From a bacterium (GTDB lineage: Bacteria > SAR324 > NAC60-12), in assembly GCA_965205865.1 (NCBI GenBank), contig CBDBHR010000029.1, forward strand, positions 736,001-800,000: 64,000 bases of DNA, read 5' to 3'. Position 1 is the first letter of the stretch. Each line of letters begins with the position of its first letter. Made by a program: the position numbers and the translations under genes. Shown here in pieces: positions 32,871-43,621 of the stretch. A model generated the notes under the pieces. That model saw only the letters and a list, made by a program, of their open reading frames with translations, searched no databases and was not told the DNA's origin.

Positions 32871-33344
32871 ATGAAGCAAAAACAAAGGCTGGCCCGGAGA
32901 GTTCCAAATATGATCATCCTTGGTATTTCTATCGCTTGTATGGCAATCGTTGCTATGGCGCCACTGCCCGCCGCCAATGCAGAATCACCCGAACGCTGGT
33001 ATGAGCAGTCCCGAGTTGAATCCGGACAATCCGTTTATGAAAAAAACTGTTCCAACTGTCACGGTACTCGAGGTGAAGCAACCGTTAATTGGCGTCGTCC
33101 TGATTCAGACGGAAAGTTTCCACCACCACCGCTGAACGGCACCGCCCATACCTGGCACCATCCATTCAGAGTGCTGGTACAACAAATCAAATTCGGCCCA
33201 CCAGCAGGGGCCGGCACGATGCCGGCATTCAAAGATATCCTCAACGATGAAAAAATCATCAACGTCATCGCCTGGATTCAGAGTTTATGGTCTGATGAGA
33301 TATACGCGCAGTGGTGGAATATTCAGGTACGTTCCTCTCGTTAG
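32871..33344 (+). CDS. Monoheme cytochrome c
   Basis: Signal peptide, CSNCH, PPLNGTAHTWHH, MPAF. Confidence 0.88.
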   Translation: MKQKQRLARRVPNMIILGISIACMAIVAMAPLPAANAESPERWYEQSRVESGQSVYEKNCSNCHGTRGEATVNWRRPDSDGKFPPPPLNGTAHTWHHPFRVLVQQIKFGPPAGAGTMPAFKDILNDEKIINVIAWIQSLWSDEIYAQWWNIQVRSSR

Positions 33345-33439
33345 CCCGACAATGGTCATGCTGCCATTCTTTTTTTCAGGCCTTTGATATTGAGAAGGAA
33401 ATAACTACCTATGGGACCCTGCGAGTTCGCAAGACTGCT

Positions 33440-35827
33440 TCAATTTATTTCTCTTAAGAGATCCAGGGGAAGTAGGGGGGATGGATCGCGGCAGGTCATG
33501 ACCCAAAGTTGGTACGCTGCCCGGGTCACTCCCACGTAAAGCAGATGTCTTGCTTTGGCATCATCCGGAAACGTTTGCTCATCGACGTCGATGAGGACGA
33601 CGTAATCGAATTCGAGGCCTTTCACTTGAAAAATATCGCTGATTTCGATTCCGGGCGCAAAAGAAAAATCCTGGTCCCTCACCCGGCGCAGTTGCGGCAC
33701 ATCCGCTTTCAGCAGTCCTTCATAAATCAAATCCGCTTGAGACCCAAAGCGGGTCAGGATGGCAACGTTGGCAGTTGGTTCCTTGAGCACCGCTTCAATC
33801 AATGAGGTGGCCAGGTAGGTGACGAGATGTCCGTGGTTTTGGAATCGAAACAACTCAACCGGTCCTCCGTGTCGCACCGCGTTCCATTCTTGATTGACGC
33901 TCATGGGACCAATGATGGCTTTGGCCACTTCGATGATTTCATGCGAAGAACGATAACCAATTTTGAGGGAGGCGGTAGCGGTATCTGCCAGACCAAGGTG
34001 CTTGAGCGCTTCAGACCAACTGTTCAATTGGGAACCGACCATGATTTGTTGATCGAAATCCCCTGCGAAAGTGACACTCTGTCGATCGTCCGGGGTCGTA
34101 TTCAAAAGCAGTTGCAACTCCACCGGGCTGAAATCCTGGGCTTCATCCACCAGAATATGGGGATAGCGGATCTGCTTGTTTTTCCTACCACGAAACGGCC
34201 CGAGGGTCATTTGATATAAAAGCAGCAGTAAGGTGTCATCTTCCTCATCCAGCAACTGGGGAGCAGGGGCGGTACTTTCCAGAATAGTCCCTGCTTCCGT
34301 ATCGCTGAGTTGCCGCATTCGTTCCAATTCCCTTTCGCTCCCGTGACGCTGCTCGTATTTGCGAACTGCCCAATCTCTTACCTCCTCCAACTGCCGCCGG
34401 GTGAAGGTATGGGGCGCCAGCTCGGCAAAGAGGACAGAGAGCGCATCTATTCGAAGGAAGGCTTCCTCCCAAATCGTCACTGCCAGACTTGTTGGATGCT
34501 CCGGTAGTTCGGAAAACGACTCCTCGATGAGATGCTGGATACGAGTTTGCACGATGAAATGGTCGCATACCGGAATTCGTGAAATTTTTTCCAGACCTCG
34601 ACTCCAGTTATCGAACAGGAGAATACGACGAGCCAAGGGCCGGTTCGACAAAGCATGCCACGCCTGCAGGGCAATTTCCTTTTCAGGAATATGCGGTAAA
34701 ACCAGGTGCAGTTGCCTGAGAAAATCGCTTTCCTGCTCCTGCACTTTGTTTTTCAACCATTGCAGCATGACCGGATGGCGTTTGACTTCGACCACGGAAA
34801 CCGGGGTTTGCTCCGTGTAACGATTGGGAAGCTGCGGGAAATAACGACGACGGAAATAAGAGGTCCAATTCGGATAAACCCAGGATTGGGCTTTTTCGAT
34901 TCCCAAAGCAGGCAGGACTTTGGAAATGTAGTTGGCCATCGCTTTATTGAAAACGACGGTCATCATCCGGGAGGGTACGAAATGATTGGGTTTCAAGGCG
35001 ACCAAATATGCCAAGCGGTGTAAGGCGACGGTTGTTTTTCCGGAACCTGCGCCCCCTTCGATCACCACTATTCCTGATTCCGGTCTCGTGATGACTTCAA
35101 ATTGTTCCGGATCGATGAGAGCCGTGATTTCCTGGAGATACTTGTCTCTGCTGCGGGCACGTCTCTCCAATCCGCTGTTGAAACTTGCCCCTCCAATAGT
35201 CGCGGGACGGGTTGCTGTTCCGCTACCACCCCGTAGATGGGAGACAATTCGTTCCACGTGTTGCCATCCCTCGGAAGTTTGGATTAAATTGTGAACTCCG
35301 GTATCAATGCGCAGCAACTTTCCTTCATCGATGGTGATCGTCCGCCGCACCAGAAGGATGCCTTCCATGTTCCGGTTTCCGAAGTCTTCATAAAAATCTT
35401 CCCCTTCCTGGTAGCGATAATATATTTGGCTGATGGGAGCGTGTTTCCAGTCAATGATCGGATAAATCAAATCCTCGGAGTTGTAATGGTTATTGCCGAT
35501 CAGGATATCCCGCTTGCGATTTCCCTCTTGCAGTCGAATATGCGCAAAATAAGGATTGAGCCGGTTGGCAGGCAATTCCATGATGATTTGTTGCTGTTGC
35601 TGCGCTAACAGGACAAGCCGTTCCATATGCGCGAGGATTGCGGGGAGATCTTCCGTGCGCGCGTCGGAAATAGAATCACGCAGCTCGATGATATCGTCGT
35701 GATAGCTCCTCTGCTCTTCAGGCAGGGCTTGCAAAGTCAGGGCGCTCTGAACCCTGGCCAACAGGAAAATTTCTTCCTCGACAATGGCTGATTGATCTTC
35801 AGTCAATCCACGTGTTTCTTGATTCAT
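33440..35827 (-). CDS. HelD-like SF1 helicase
   Basis: IDWKHAP, GGAGSGKTTVALHRLAYL, VDEAQD, KGLEFD, YVGVTRA. Confidence 0.8.
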   Translation of the reverse strand: MNQETRGLTEDQSAIVEEEIFLLARVQSALTLQALPEEQRSYHDDIIELRDSISDARTEDLPAILAHMERLVLLAQQQQQIIMELPANRLNPYFAHIRLQEGNRKRDILIGNNHYNSEDLIYPIIDWKHAPISQIYYRYQEGEDFYEDFGNRNMEGILLVRRTITIDEGKLLRIDTGVHNLIQTSEGWQHVERIVSHLRGGSGTATRPATIGGASFNSGLERRARSRDKYLQEITALIDPEQFEVITRPESGIVVIEGGAGSGKTTVALHRLAYLVALKPNHFVPSRMMTVVFNKAMANYISKVLPALGIEKAQSWVYPNWTSYFRRRYFPQLPNRYTEQTPVSVVEVKRHPVMLQWLKNKVQEQESDFLRQLHLVLPHIPEKEIALQAWHALSNRPLARRILLFDNWSRGLEKISRIPVCDHFIVQTRIQHLIEESFSELPEHPTSLAVTIWEEAFLRIDALSVLFAELAPHTFTRRQLEEVRDWAVRKYEQRHGSERELERMRQLSDTEAGTILESTAPAPQLLDEEDDTLLLLLYQMTLGPFRGRKNKQIRYPHILVDEAQDFSPVELQLLLNTTPDDRQSVTFAGDFDQQIMVGSQLNSWSEALKHLGLADTATASLKIGYRSSHEIIEVAKAIIGPMSVNQEWNAVRHGGPVELFRFQNHGHLVTYLATSLIEAVLKEPTANVAILTRFGSQADLIYEGLLKADVPQLRRVRDQDFSFAPGIEISDIFQVKGLEFDYVVLIDVDEQTFPDDAKARHLLYVGVTRAAYQLWVMTCRDPSPLLPLDLLREIN

Positions 35828-36073
35828 ACGCCATTTCTCTTGGAGAATGAAGGTTCTCACTGTTCTGAAAAATGATACCTCTCTAAAATAACAAAGTAAT
35901 GATTATATCCTGTTCTTCAAGAGGATTCAATTTTTTGCTGGCAATGGCACGCAGAAACGCTTCGTCGAACAGCTCGTTCAACAGACTCGTTGAGAAAATT
36001 TGATACGAAACAGGCCGGTATCCCGGGTAGAATAACGCATGTCAGGAGGAAAGAAAAATAAGGAATGAGGACT

Positions 36074-37069
36074 CTAAAACGAAAAATGATCCGGGCTGAA
36101 GGCCTCGAAGGTGGCATCCGTGTCCTCGGGTGAAATACAAGAGACGATATGGGTATGGATGCCTGATTCCGCATAAGCCCTGATACGGTCTTGACACTCC
36201 TCCCTGGAACCGATTATTGCAATTTGATCCACGATTTCATCGGAGAGCGCCCCGGTAGTTTTGGCACGGTTTTTCTCAGCCCAACCTTGTCGAATGGTCG
36301 CCGCCGCTTCGGGATAACCTGCCCAATCCAAAAATTTGTTGTAGACGGGAGTGGCGTAATAGGGGGCGAAACTCACGCGGAAGAGATCCCTTACCCGAGC
36401 TTTGTCATTGGTGACGACGATTTGATGACGACAGACGACTTCCCGCTCCTCTTTTCTTTTTCCGGCCCTTTGCGCGCCCACGGCAATGTGTGTCATCATT
36501 CGAGGGAGGGCTTTCATGGGAAAGAGGTTGAGAATCACGCCGTCTCCGGTCTCGGCCGCCATTTCCAGCATTTTTGGGCGCAATCCCGCCAGATAAATCG
36601 GTTGGGCTTGCGCAGCCAGTGGCAATTGAAGATATCCCCTGCTGCGTACTGTTTCTCCTTGAAAATCCGATTTTTCCCCGCTCAGCATTTTGCGCACCAA
36701 AATGGCCGTCTCTTTGACACGGGTCAGCGGCTTTTTGAATTCCAGTCCGTTCCATCCTTCCATCATGGTATGACTGGAAGCTCCCAATCCCAGGATAAAC
36801 CGACCGTTGGAAATTTGATGCAAGACATGCGTCGTGGAAGCCAGTACGGCGGGTGTGCGCGTGTATACCGGAATAATGGCGGTGCCGATGCGTACGCGGT
36901 TTGTCCTTTCGGCCACGGCAACGGAGGTTGTCAATGAATCGATGCCCGAACTGTCTGCAAACCAAAGATCGTCGAATCCTCGTTCTTCTGCCCAGACGGC
37001 TCTGGATAAAGTCGCTTCCACCCCCCGGGGTATGGGAAGGGTCACTGCCGTTCTCAGTGGGATAGTCAT
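36074..37069 (-). CDS. LLM-class flavin/F420-dependent oxidoreductase
   Basis: GFDDLW, IGTAIIP, GRFILGLG. Confidence 0.85.
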   Translation of the reverse strand: MTIPLRTAVTLPIPRGVEATLSRAVWAEERGFDDLWFADSSGIDSLTTSVAVAERTNRVRIGTAIIPVYTRTPAVLASTTHVLHQISNGRFILGLGASSHTMMEGWNGLEFKKPLTRVKETAILVRKMLSGEKSDFQGETVRSRGYLQLPLAAQAQPIYLAGLRPKMLEMAAETGDGVILNLFPMKALPRMMTHIAVGAQRAGKRKEEREVVCRHQIVVTNDKARVRDLFRVSFAPYYATPVYNKFLDWAGYPEAAATIRQGWAEKNRAKTTGALSDEIVDQIAIIGSREECQDRIRAYAESGIHTHIVSCISPEDTDATFEAFSPDHFSF

Positions 37070-37230
37070 TTGTTTCCCTGTTCTCTGCATGAAATTGGCG
37101 CGAATCGGGACAAGTCTTCACTGCCCGAAAAACCGTAGCTCATTCTATTTGAAAAAGTATGGAAAAGTTCCCGGATACTATAACAAATAACTGCAGAAAG
37201 AAAAAGAACAAAACAAGGGGCCGCCATCAT

Positions 37231-38526
37231 TCAATGGATCAATCTGCCTCGCATGGTCTCCTGGTAGGTTTCCGTGAAAAATACGGGGAGGATCCGGTTT
37301 TGCAATTCCGCGGGAGAGGGAGGGGAAATCACCACTTTGATATAATTGTCGGTATAACCTGAAATTTCTCCCAAGTCGTTGGGTGTTTCAAAGAGGACGG
37401 GACGGGTGGCGCCTATGAAGGATTCGTGAAAGGCCGTCCTTTTCTGCAGGCTCAGTTCGCGCAACACCGCCCCTCGCCTTTTTTTCACATCCGGCTGTAT
37501 TTTGCATTGCAAGCGCAGCGCAGGCGTTCCTTTTCTTTCGGAGAAGGGAAAAACATGAAAATATGCCAGCGGGAGCGAGGCCAGCAATTGAAATGTCTGT
37601 TCAAAATCATCATCGCTTTCCCCGGGAAATCCGACCATCACGTCCGTTCCCAGACACAGTTCGGGTACGCGCGCAATGGCCTCGAGAACTTCCTCTCGAT
37701 AGGATTCCCGGCAATAGCGGCGTTTCATCTGGCCAAGGATGGTATCGGAACCGGATTGAAGCGGTAAATGTAGAAAAGGAACCAATTTGTGAGCGGGATC
37801 CGCCATCCGCTCCAAAATTGCGCCGGGAACCGTTGTGGGTTCAATGGAGCTGATACGGATGCGCGCCAGTTTCGGTTGTTGCTGCAAGGCGTCGATCACT
37901 TCCAGCAAGCCGTGGGGAAAATCCTCGTATGTGCCTATGTTGACCCCGGTGAGCACAATTTCCCTGGTGCCGGCCTCGATAAAAGCCTGCGCATCCTCGA
38001 GCAGGTTTTCAAATCGGCGGCTGCGACCACGACCTCTCGAAAAAGGGATGATGCAGAACGAGCACATGAAATCACAGCCATCTTGTATTTTCAGGTAAGA
38101 ACGGGTGCTAAGACCATGGTGCGGAAAGACGGGCTCCCTGAAGGTGCCACGCGGAATTTTGGGATTGATCACCAGCGGCCTTTGCGAGTGCCTGGCCTCC
38201 TCGACGTAGTGGGCAAGATCGAGTTTTCTGGCATTGCCAACCACCAGTTTGACCCCTTCCATTCGTTGAAGCGCTTCTGCGGCCACTTGGGAGTAGCAGC
38301 CCACGACGGCAATGCAAACTCCCGGATTTTTGCGATAGGCGGCACGAATAGCCTGGCGATTTTTAGCATCGCCGTGTTCGGTAACCGTGCAGGTGTTGAT
38401 CACGCACACGTCGGCCGGTTCCGTGAAAGGGACGATCTGATAGCGCTGTTGCCGGAAACTATTGGCAAGCGTTGAGCTTTCCGCCTGATTCAAACGACAA
38501 CCCAAGGTATGAAAAGAAACTCTCAA
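37231..38526 (-). CDS. mtaB: tRNA t6A methylthiotransferase MtaB
   Basis: TLGCRLNQAES, NTCTVT, CDFMCSFC, HVFPFSERKGT; TTG start with AGGAG. Confidence 0.88.
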   Translation of the reverse strand: MRVSFHTLGCRLNQAESSTLANSFRQQRYQIVPFTEPADVCVINTCTVTEHGDAKNRQAIRAAYRKNPGVCIAVVGCYSQVAAEALQRMEGVKLVVGNARKLDLAHYVEEARHSQRPLVINPKIPRGTFREPVFPHHGLSTRSYLKIQDGCDFMCSFCIIPFSRGRGRSRRFENLLEDAQAFIEAGTREIVLTGVNIGTYEDFPHGLLEVIDALQQQPKLARIRISSIEPTTVPGAILERMADPAHKLVPFLHLPLQSGSDTILGQMKRRYCRESYREEVLEAIARVPELCLGTDVMVGFPGESDDDFEQTFQLLASLPLAYFHVFPFSERKGTPALRLQCKIQPDVKKRRGAVLRELSLQKRTAFHESFIGATRPVLFETPNDLGEISGYTDNYIKVVISPPSPAELQNRILPVFFTETYQETMRGRLIH

Positions 38527-38534
38527 GACAACTC

Positions 38535-39716
38535 CTAATCGCTTGCGGTTCCGGGTTTGATGAATATTAAACGGTTTCCTGACAATTCTCGAGAATTCAT
38601 TGGAATATTTTTTTGCTGCAACTGCCATTGGATTTTGCGGCGCAGCCGGCTTTTACTCTCTGAAGAAATCATTTCGATCTCGAGATGATTGGGAGTATTC
38701 TTCAACTCGGAAAGGTCTTTGAACGCAGCTACGCTTTCCAGATAATCCAAAATTTTGTCGACTTCGTCCGGATTGTAGTTGCGAAATTCGGTCAAGTAGA
38801 GAAACCCTTGATCCCCGCTGGATTGGTAATAATTCCTGATCTCGTCGAGAGCTTCTTTCGCCGCATTTCGAACTGCAGTTGCTCCAATTTCTTCCAAAAT
38901 TCGATGCTCGTCAAGCCCTTGACGACCCGTGCTGAGTATTGTTCCACTTCCAAGAACCTCTGCGATCAGACGACCGCTACTGACGTCATAGACGCTCAAG
39001 TGAACGTCCGCTTGTATCGTCTTGAATGATCCGCCCTCCACGCCTTGTTGGCTTGACACCATTTCGATAGCAACCAGGATCTCGGCTCGTTGATCCAAAG
39101 CCAGGAAAATCAAACTTTCCGTAGGGCGATTGATCACGCCTGCCCCCTCGATGACCTGATAGACCCGATTCATTTCGCTCTCATCCAGGAGTTGAAAACC
39201 AGCCTGGCGAAATATACCATTTAAAATGCCGAGCTGCGCGGGAATCGTTTGGAATTGACGGCTCAAGGCAAGGGGGTCCTGTTTGCGGTAGATCACCATC
39301 ATCCGTTTGCTGCCTGTTTTGTTGCGCAATATACGGAGGGCCGTCAATTTGTCGCGGATTTTTTTTCCGGCAATCCAGGCGCGGATTTCGACCTGATAAG
39401 CTCCATTGTCTTCAGTGGGTCCCTCTTCCAGAATCTGATAGCGCGTTACTAAGCTGCGGCTCGAACTGAAAATCTCATCTTTGATGATTTGAAAATTTTG
39501 CGAAAGGGTTTCTGAATCAATCAAATCACCCACTGTTTGTTCCACCGCCTGCCTCAGAGCATTTTGCAGTGCCTGACTCTTGGCGTTGCTGGTATTGTCG
39601 TTGAAAATCTCAGCAGCCCCCGTGGCAATCACTTCATTCGCGCGCAGTGGAATTGCCCAGACCGCAATACAAATGAGACAAAGCAATATTCGCTTGCGCA
39701 AAATTTCTCTTTGCAT
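38535..39716 (-). CDS. Secreted protein with a FlgT-N-like domain
   Basis: Signal peptide; AKSQALQNALRQAVEQ..IDSET. Confidence 0.55.
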   Translation of the reverse strand: MQREILRKRILLCLICIAVWAIPLRANEVIATGAAEIFNDNTSNAKSQALQNALRQAVEQTVGDLIDSETLSQNFQIIKDEIFSSSRSLVTRYQILEEGPTEDNGAYQVEIRAWIAGKKIRDKLTALRILRNKTGSKRMMVIYRKQDPLALSRQFQTIPAQLGILNGIFRQAGFQLLDESEMNRVYQVIEGAGVINRPTESLIFLALDQRAEILVAIEMVSSQQGVEGGSFKTIQADVHLSVYDVSSGRLIAEVLGSGTILSTGRQGLDEHRILEEIGATAVRNAAKEALDEIRNYYQSSGDQGFLYLTEFRNYNPDEVDKILDYLESVAAFKDLSELKNTPNHLEIEMISSESKSRLRRKIQWQLQQKNIPMNSRELSGNRLIFIKPGTASD

Positions 39717-39740
39717 GCTTGGTGGATCACTCTCTAACGC

Positions 39741-40154
39741 TCAATCGGTGACGTCATTTTGCGAATTGTTCAGCGTTTTCGCTTGATCGATGGTCCAGGT
39801 GTCTTCCGTGGCATCGTCATCAATGTTTCCTGTGGCAGTGGCGGTAAAGCCATTCTCATCTGCCTGGATCGCATAAGCGTACATTGCATCCGCTCCTTCC
39901 GCAATTTCCACTCCCAACTGATTGAGGGCAGTGGCATATGCGCGGTTCGAGGCATGGTAGATCTTTTGTGCCGTGTAAATGGCCATCAGATTGGTTTTGG
40001 CTTCTGTCTGACGGGAAGAAACCAGGTATTGTTGCAGACGGGGATAGGCCAGGGTGACCAATATGCCGATAATAGCCACCACAATCATCACCTCCAGCAA
40101 GCTGAACCCGGTGGCCGGTAAAGGCGCCGGGATGGGAAATGAGTTTTTTTTCAT
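39741..40154 (-). CDS. Type IV pilin (PilE/PilA-like)
   Basis: GFSLLEVMIVVAIIGIL prepilin motif. Confidence 0.9.
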   Translation of the reverse strand: MKKNSFPIPAPLPATGFSLLEVMIVVAIIGILVTLAYPRLQQYLVSSRQTEAKTNLMAIYTAQKIYHASNRAYATALNQLGVEIAEGADAMYAYAIQADENGFTATATGNIDDDATEDTWTIDQAKTLNNSQNDVTD

Positions 40155-40164
40155 CTTTTTACCA

Positions 40165-41640
40165 TCAATAAGAAATTCCGGTCACGGAAAGCTGCGTGAG
40201 TTGCAAGAAATCATTTGGAAATATTCCCAAATAAATGATTCCAATCGCGGTCCCTACCAGCCCGGTAAGCGCCAACAAAGAGGATACGGATGACGCCGGC
40301 TGGCTGGCTTCCGGAGCCGTTGACACCGGTTTCATGTACATATGGACAATCACGCGCAGGTAATAAAAAAGTGAAATTACGCTGTTGAGAGCGGCAATTA
40401 CAGTCAACCATACCCATCCGGCATCAAGGGCAGCATAAAAAATTTGAAATTTTCCCATGAAACCTGCCGTCAGTGGAAGTCCCAACAGGGAGAGCATAAA
40501 AGTACTCATCAATACGGCCAGAACCCGCTCCATAGGACCTGCATAGGCATAGCCGGCCAAATCGTCGTATGTGTCGAGCGTCCTACCCCTCGAACGCACT
40601 GCCAACACGCCGAAGGCTCCTATTCCCATCAAGGCATAGGCCAATGAATAAAAAATGATACTGCTGATGGCCGCTTCGGAGCCAACGACCACAGCGACCA
40701 TCACATAACCCGCGTGGGCAATGGAAGAGTATGCCAGCATCCGTTTGACGCTGTTTTGCCGCAAAGCCATCAGGTTGCCGACGGTCATCGTCAAAATAGC
40801 AATCAGCCACATCAAGTTATCCCAACGTTCCACATGAGGCATGCCGGTGAGGAAAATGCGGATCAATAGGGCGAATCCCGCTGCTTTGACGGCGGCAGAC
40901 ATGAAAGCCGTCACGGGTGTGGGAGCCCCGGAATATACGTCGGGAGTCCACATGTGAAATGGCACCAGCGCCACTTTGAAGCCTACCCCGATGATCAGCA
41001 GCGCCAATCCAAATACGGCCAGTGGATTGTCCAGGGCGCCGGGTTGCTGAAGTTGAAAAATGATTGTTGGCAACTGCGTACTGCCGGTTGCTCCATAAAT
41101 CAGGGAAATGCCGTAGAGTAAAAACCCCGTGGAAAACGCGCCCAGCAAAAGATATTTCAATGCCGCTTCGTTCGCAGTGGCCATGCGACGCATCATGCCT
41201 ACCAGAATGTAACTGGAAATCGACATGATTTCCAAACCAATGAAAACCACCAACAATTCAGTACTGGAGGTCATCAGCATCATGCCGACGACCGCAAAAA
41301 GTATCAGGACATAATATTCACGGAAGTTCATATTGTTTTCTGCAATATAATGCCAGGAAATCATCACTATCAGTATGCCGGTGATCATATAAATGATTTC
41401 AAAGAGAATGGAATACTGGTCCGCAACCACAGTGTCGAAAAAACCAACGTAATTTCTGCCAAATAATTGTATCTCCACCACGATGGCGATGCAAAACCCT
41501 CCAATGGTCAGTAAAGGAGAGGTCATATTATATTTTACGTCCGTACCAACCAAGTCGACCATCATCACCATAAGAGCCGTGAAGATCAAAATCAATTCAG
41601 GGATAATGGGAGTAAAGTCACTCATGCTCATGAAATTCAT
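40165..41640 (-). CDS. nuoN: NADH-quinone oxidoreductase subunit N
   Basis: EAALKY, FKVALVPFHMWTPDVY, KRMLAYSSIAH. Confidence 0.9.
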   Translation of the reverse strand: MNFMSMSDFTPIIPELILIFTALMVMMVDLVGTDVKYNMTSPLLTIGGFCIAIVVEIQLFGRNYVGFFDTVVADQYSILFEIIYMITGILIVMISWHYIAENNMNFREYYVLILFAVVGMMLMTSSTELLVVFIGLEIMSISSYILVGMMRRMATANEAALKYLLLGAFSTGFLLYGISLIYGATGSTQLPTIIFQLQQPGALDNPLAVFGLALLIIGVGFKVALVPFHMWTPDVYSGAPTPVTAFMSAAVKAAGFALLIRIFLTGMPHVERWDNLMWLIAILTMTVGNLMALRQNSVKRMLAYSSIAHAGYVMVAVVVGSEAAISSIIFYSLAYALMGIGAFGVLAVRSRGRTLDTYDDLAGYAYAGPMERVLAVLMSTFMLSLLGLPLTAGFMGKFQIFYAALDAGWVWLTVIAALNSVISLFYYLRVIVHMYMKPVSTAPEASQPASSVSSLLALTGLVGTAIGIIYLGIFPNDFLQLTQLSVTGISY

Positions 41641-41919
41641 GGAAGGCTCCTTGAAGAGTCGCGGGTCAATAAGTTGAAAACCGTTTTCCAATGCAGGGGA
41701 AAAAATCTCCCGGGTGCGCTATCGTAAAAACTATCTTACTCCGATAGTCATACCAAATCTTTAATCAGGAATGCGGAAAAAAACAAGTCCAATCAAAAAA
41801 GAAAGCATTTATTTTCAGAAATGAATCCCTCTTCCCCTCAAGCCGTCATTCCGCTCGCACCTCCGGCATTCGAATCAGGAAAAACAACTTCAAATGAGGC
41901 CGCAACAGCGGCATTACCT

Positions 41920-42270
41920 TCAGCGAGTCATCAAGTAAATCAAGTAAAAGAAACCGCTGGCAAGCAGGCCGGCTAAAAATCCCCAGAAAAAAATGAACCA
42001 ATCCGAACCGGAATTTTCTTGCGAGGCGGGTTCTTGCGCGGATGAAGATTCGCCCTCCAATTGTTGCAGGGTCGCCTCCGCCTTTTCTTGATCCCCAGGA
42101 TCGATCAATAGCCTCACGCCTTCCGAAAATTGCATCGAGGGATACGCGCCCCCGGCATCGTCTTTCAGAATGAGGGATTTGATTTCCAGATTTTCCAAAT
42201 GCATGGCAGCCATACGGGCGAACATCTCATTGGAAAAAGTCCGCAGGACAATCATTTTTTCTCGGTTCAT
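41920..42270 (-). CDS. DUF2007-like protein with C-terminal TM helix
   Basis: RTFSNEMFA..LENLEIKS..GVRLLI. Confidence 0.65.
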   Translation of the reverse strand: MNREKMIVLRTFSNEMFARMAAMHLENLEIKSLILKDDAGGAYPSMQFSEGVRLLIDPGDQEKAEATLQQLEGESSSAQEPASQENSGSDWFIFFWGFLAGLLASGFFYLIYLMTR

Positions 42271-42433
42271 GGCGCTCCTCCCTGCCAGAATCTCACAACA
42301 TGGCTCCCTTCCGCAACCATGATTGGCATATGCCAAAGGGAAAGGCAAGCCAAGAATAAGTAATGGAATTTTGTCTGAATGACAGATTCCCCTTGATATT
42401 TTATAGGATTACGGCAAATTAGAGGATTATCTA

Positions 42434-42510
42434 CGGAGCGTAGCGCAGTCTGGTAGCGCACACGTCTGGGGGGCGTGTGGTCGCAGGTTCAAATCCTGTC
42501 GCTCCGACCA
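42434..42510 (+). tRNA. tRNA-Pro (GGG)
   Basis: Cloverleaf CGGAGCG...CGCTCCG-ACCA, anticodon loop CT-GGG-GG, GTTCAAATC. Confidence 0.97.
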
Positions 42511-42526
42511 ACCTTATCGCAGAACA

Positions 42527-43621
42527 ATGCCGACACCTGCCCGGCTTTCTTATAATGGCATCATGATGCAACAAACAAACGACTTGAATGTGTCAGGGAC
42601 CTCTCCTTTGATCACTCCTTTGGCGCTTAAAAACAAAATACCAATGAGTGAGTCGGCCAACCAAACCGTTATCGAAGCAAGGAGGGTGGTGCAGGATATA
42701 TTGGATGGAAAAGACCAACGCGTCCTCTTCGTTGTGGGGCCCTGTTCCATTCATGATCCGGATATCGCATACGAGTATGCGGATTTACTCAAAAACCTGG
42801 CAGAGCGGGTGGCAGATAAACTTTATCTCATCATGCGGGTTTATTTTGAAAAACCTCGCACCACCGTCGGCTGGAAGGGCCTGATCAATGATCCGGATTT
42901 GAATGGTTCTTATGACATCGGCAAAGGCTTGACTATAGCCCGAAAAATTCTCAATGAAATCAATGAAAAAGGAATGCCGGCTGGCAGTGAAATGCTCGAT
43001 CCGATCACACCTCAATATATTGCCGATTTGGTCTCATGGGCGGCGATTGGCGCGCGCACCACCGAATCGCAGATCCATCGGGAAATGGCCAGCGGACTCT
43101 CCATGCCGGTGGGTTTTAAAAATGGTACAAATGGCAATTTGGATGTTGCCTTGAACGCCATGGAGTCCGCGCAGCAGCCACATCGTTTTATCGGCATCAA
43201 TCAAGAAAGCAAAGTCTCCGTAATCCAAACCCGCGGCAATCTGTACGGGCATATCGTGCTTCGTGGGGGCGCGCAAGGTCCGAATTACGACCCCGTATCC
43301 GTTCAAAACACGGAAGAGGCTCTTAAAACGGCAAAATTGCGCAATGCGATTATGATTGACTGCAACCATGCCAATTCCGGAAAAGACCCGTTTAAACAGG
43401 AAACGGTCTTGAGAGATATTACCCGGCAGATAATCGACAATAATCGCTCGATTATGGGGGTAATGATTGAAAGTAATATAAAAGCGGGCAATCAAAGCTT
43501 CAGGCCCGATGTACCGCTTGAATACGGTGTTTCGCTCACCGACAAATGTTTGGACTGGAATAATACGGAACGTATCATTCTAGACATGTACCACCAGTTA
43601 AGGAGCGTTTATGAAAGCTGA
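42527..43621 (+). CDS. aroG: DAHP synthase class I-alpha
   Basis: GPCSIHD, KPRTTVGWKG, IGARTTES; the isoenzyme (aroF/G/H) is not resolvable. Confidence 0.9.
   Translation: MPTPARLSYNGIMMQQTNDLNVSGTSPLITPLALKNKIPMSESANQTVIEARRVVQDILDGKDQRVLFVVGPCSIHDPDIAYEYADLLKNLAERVADKLYLIMRVYFEKPRTTVGWKGLINDPDLNGSYDIGKGLTIARKILNEINEKGMPAGSEMLDPITPQYIADLVSWAAIGARTTESQIHREMASGLSMPVGFKNGTNGNLDVALNAMESAQQPHRFIGINQESKVSVIQTRGNLYGHIVLRGGAQGPNYDPVSVQNTEEALKTAKLRNAIMIDCNHANSGKDPFKQETVLRDITRQIIDNNRSIMGVMIESNIKAGNQSFRPDVPLEYGVSLTDKCLDWNNTERIILDMYHQLRSVYES

Noticed and set aside
42434-42510. tRNA-Pro as the island integration site
   Set aside because: It is flanked by core genes, and I saw no duplicated 3' end or integrase.
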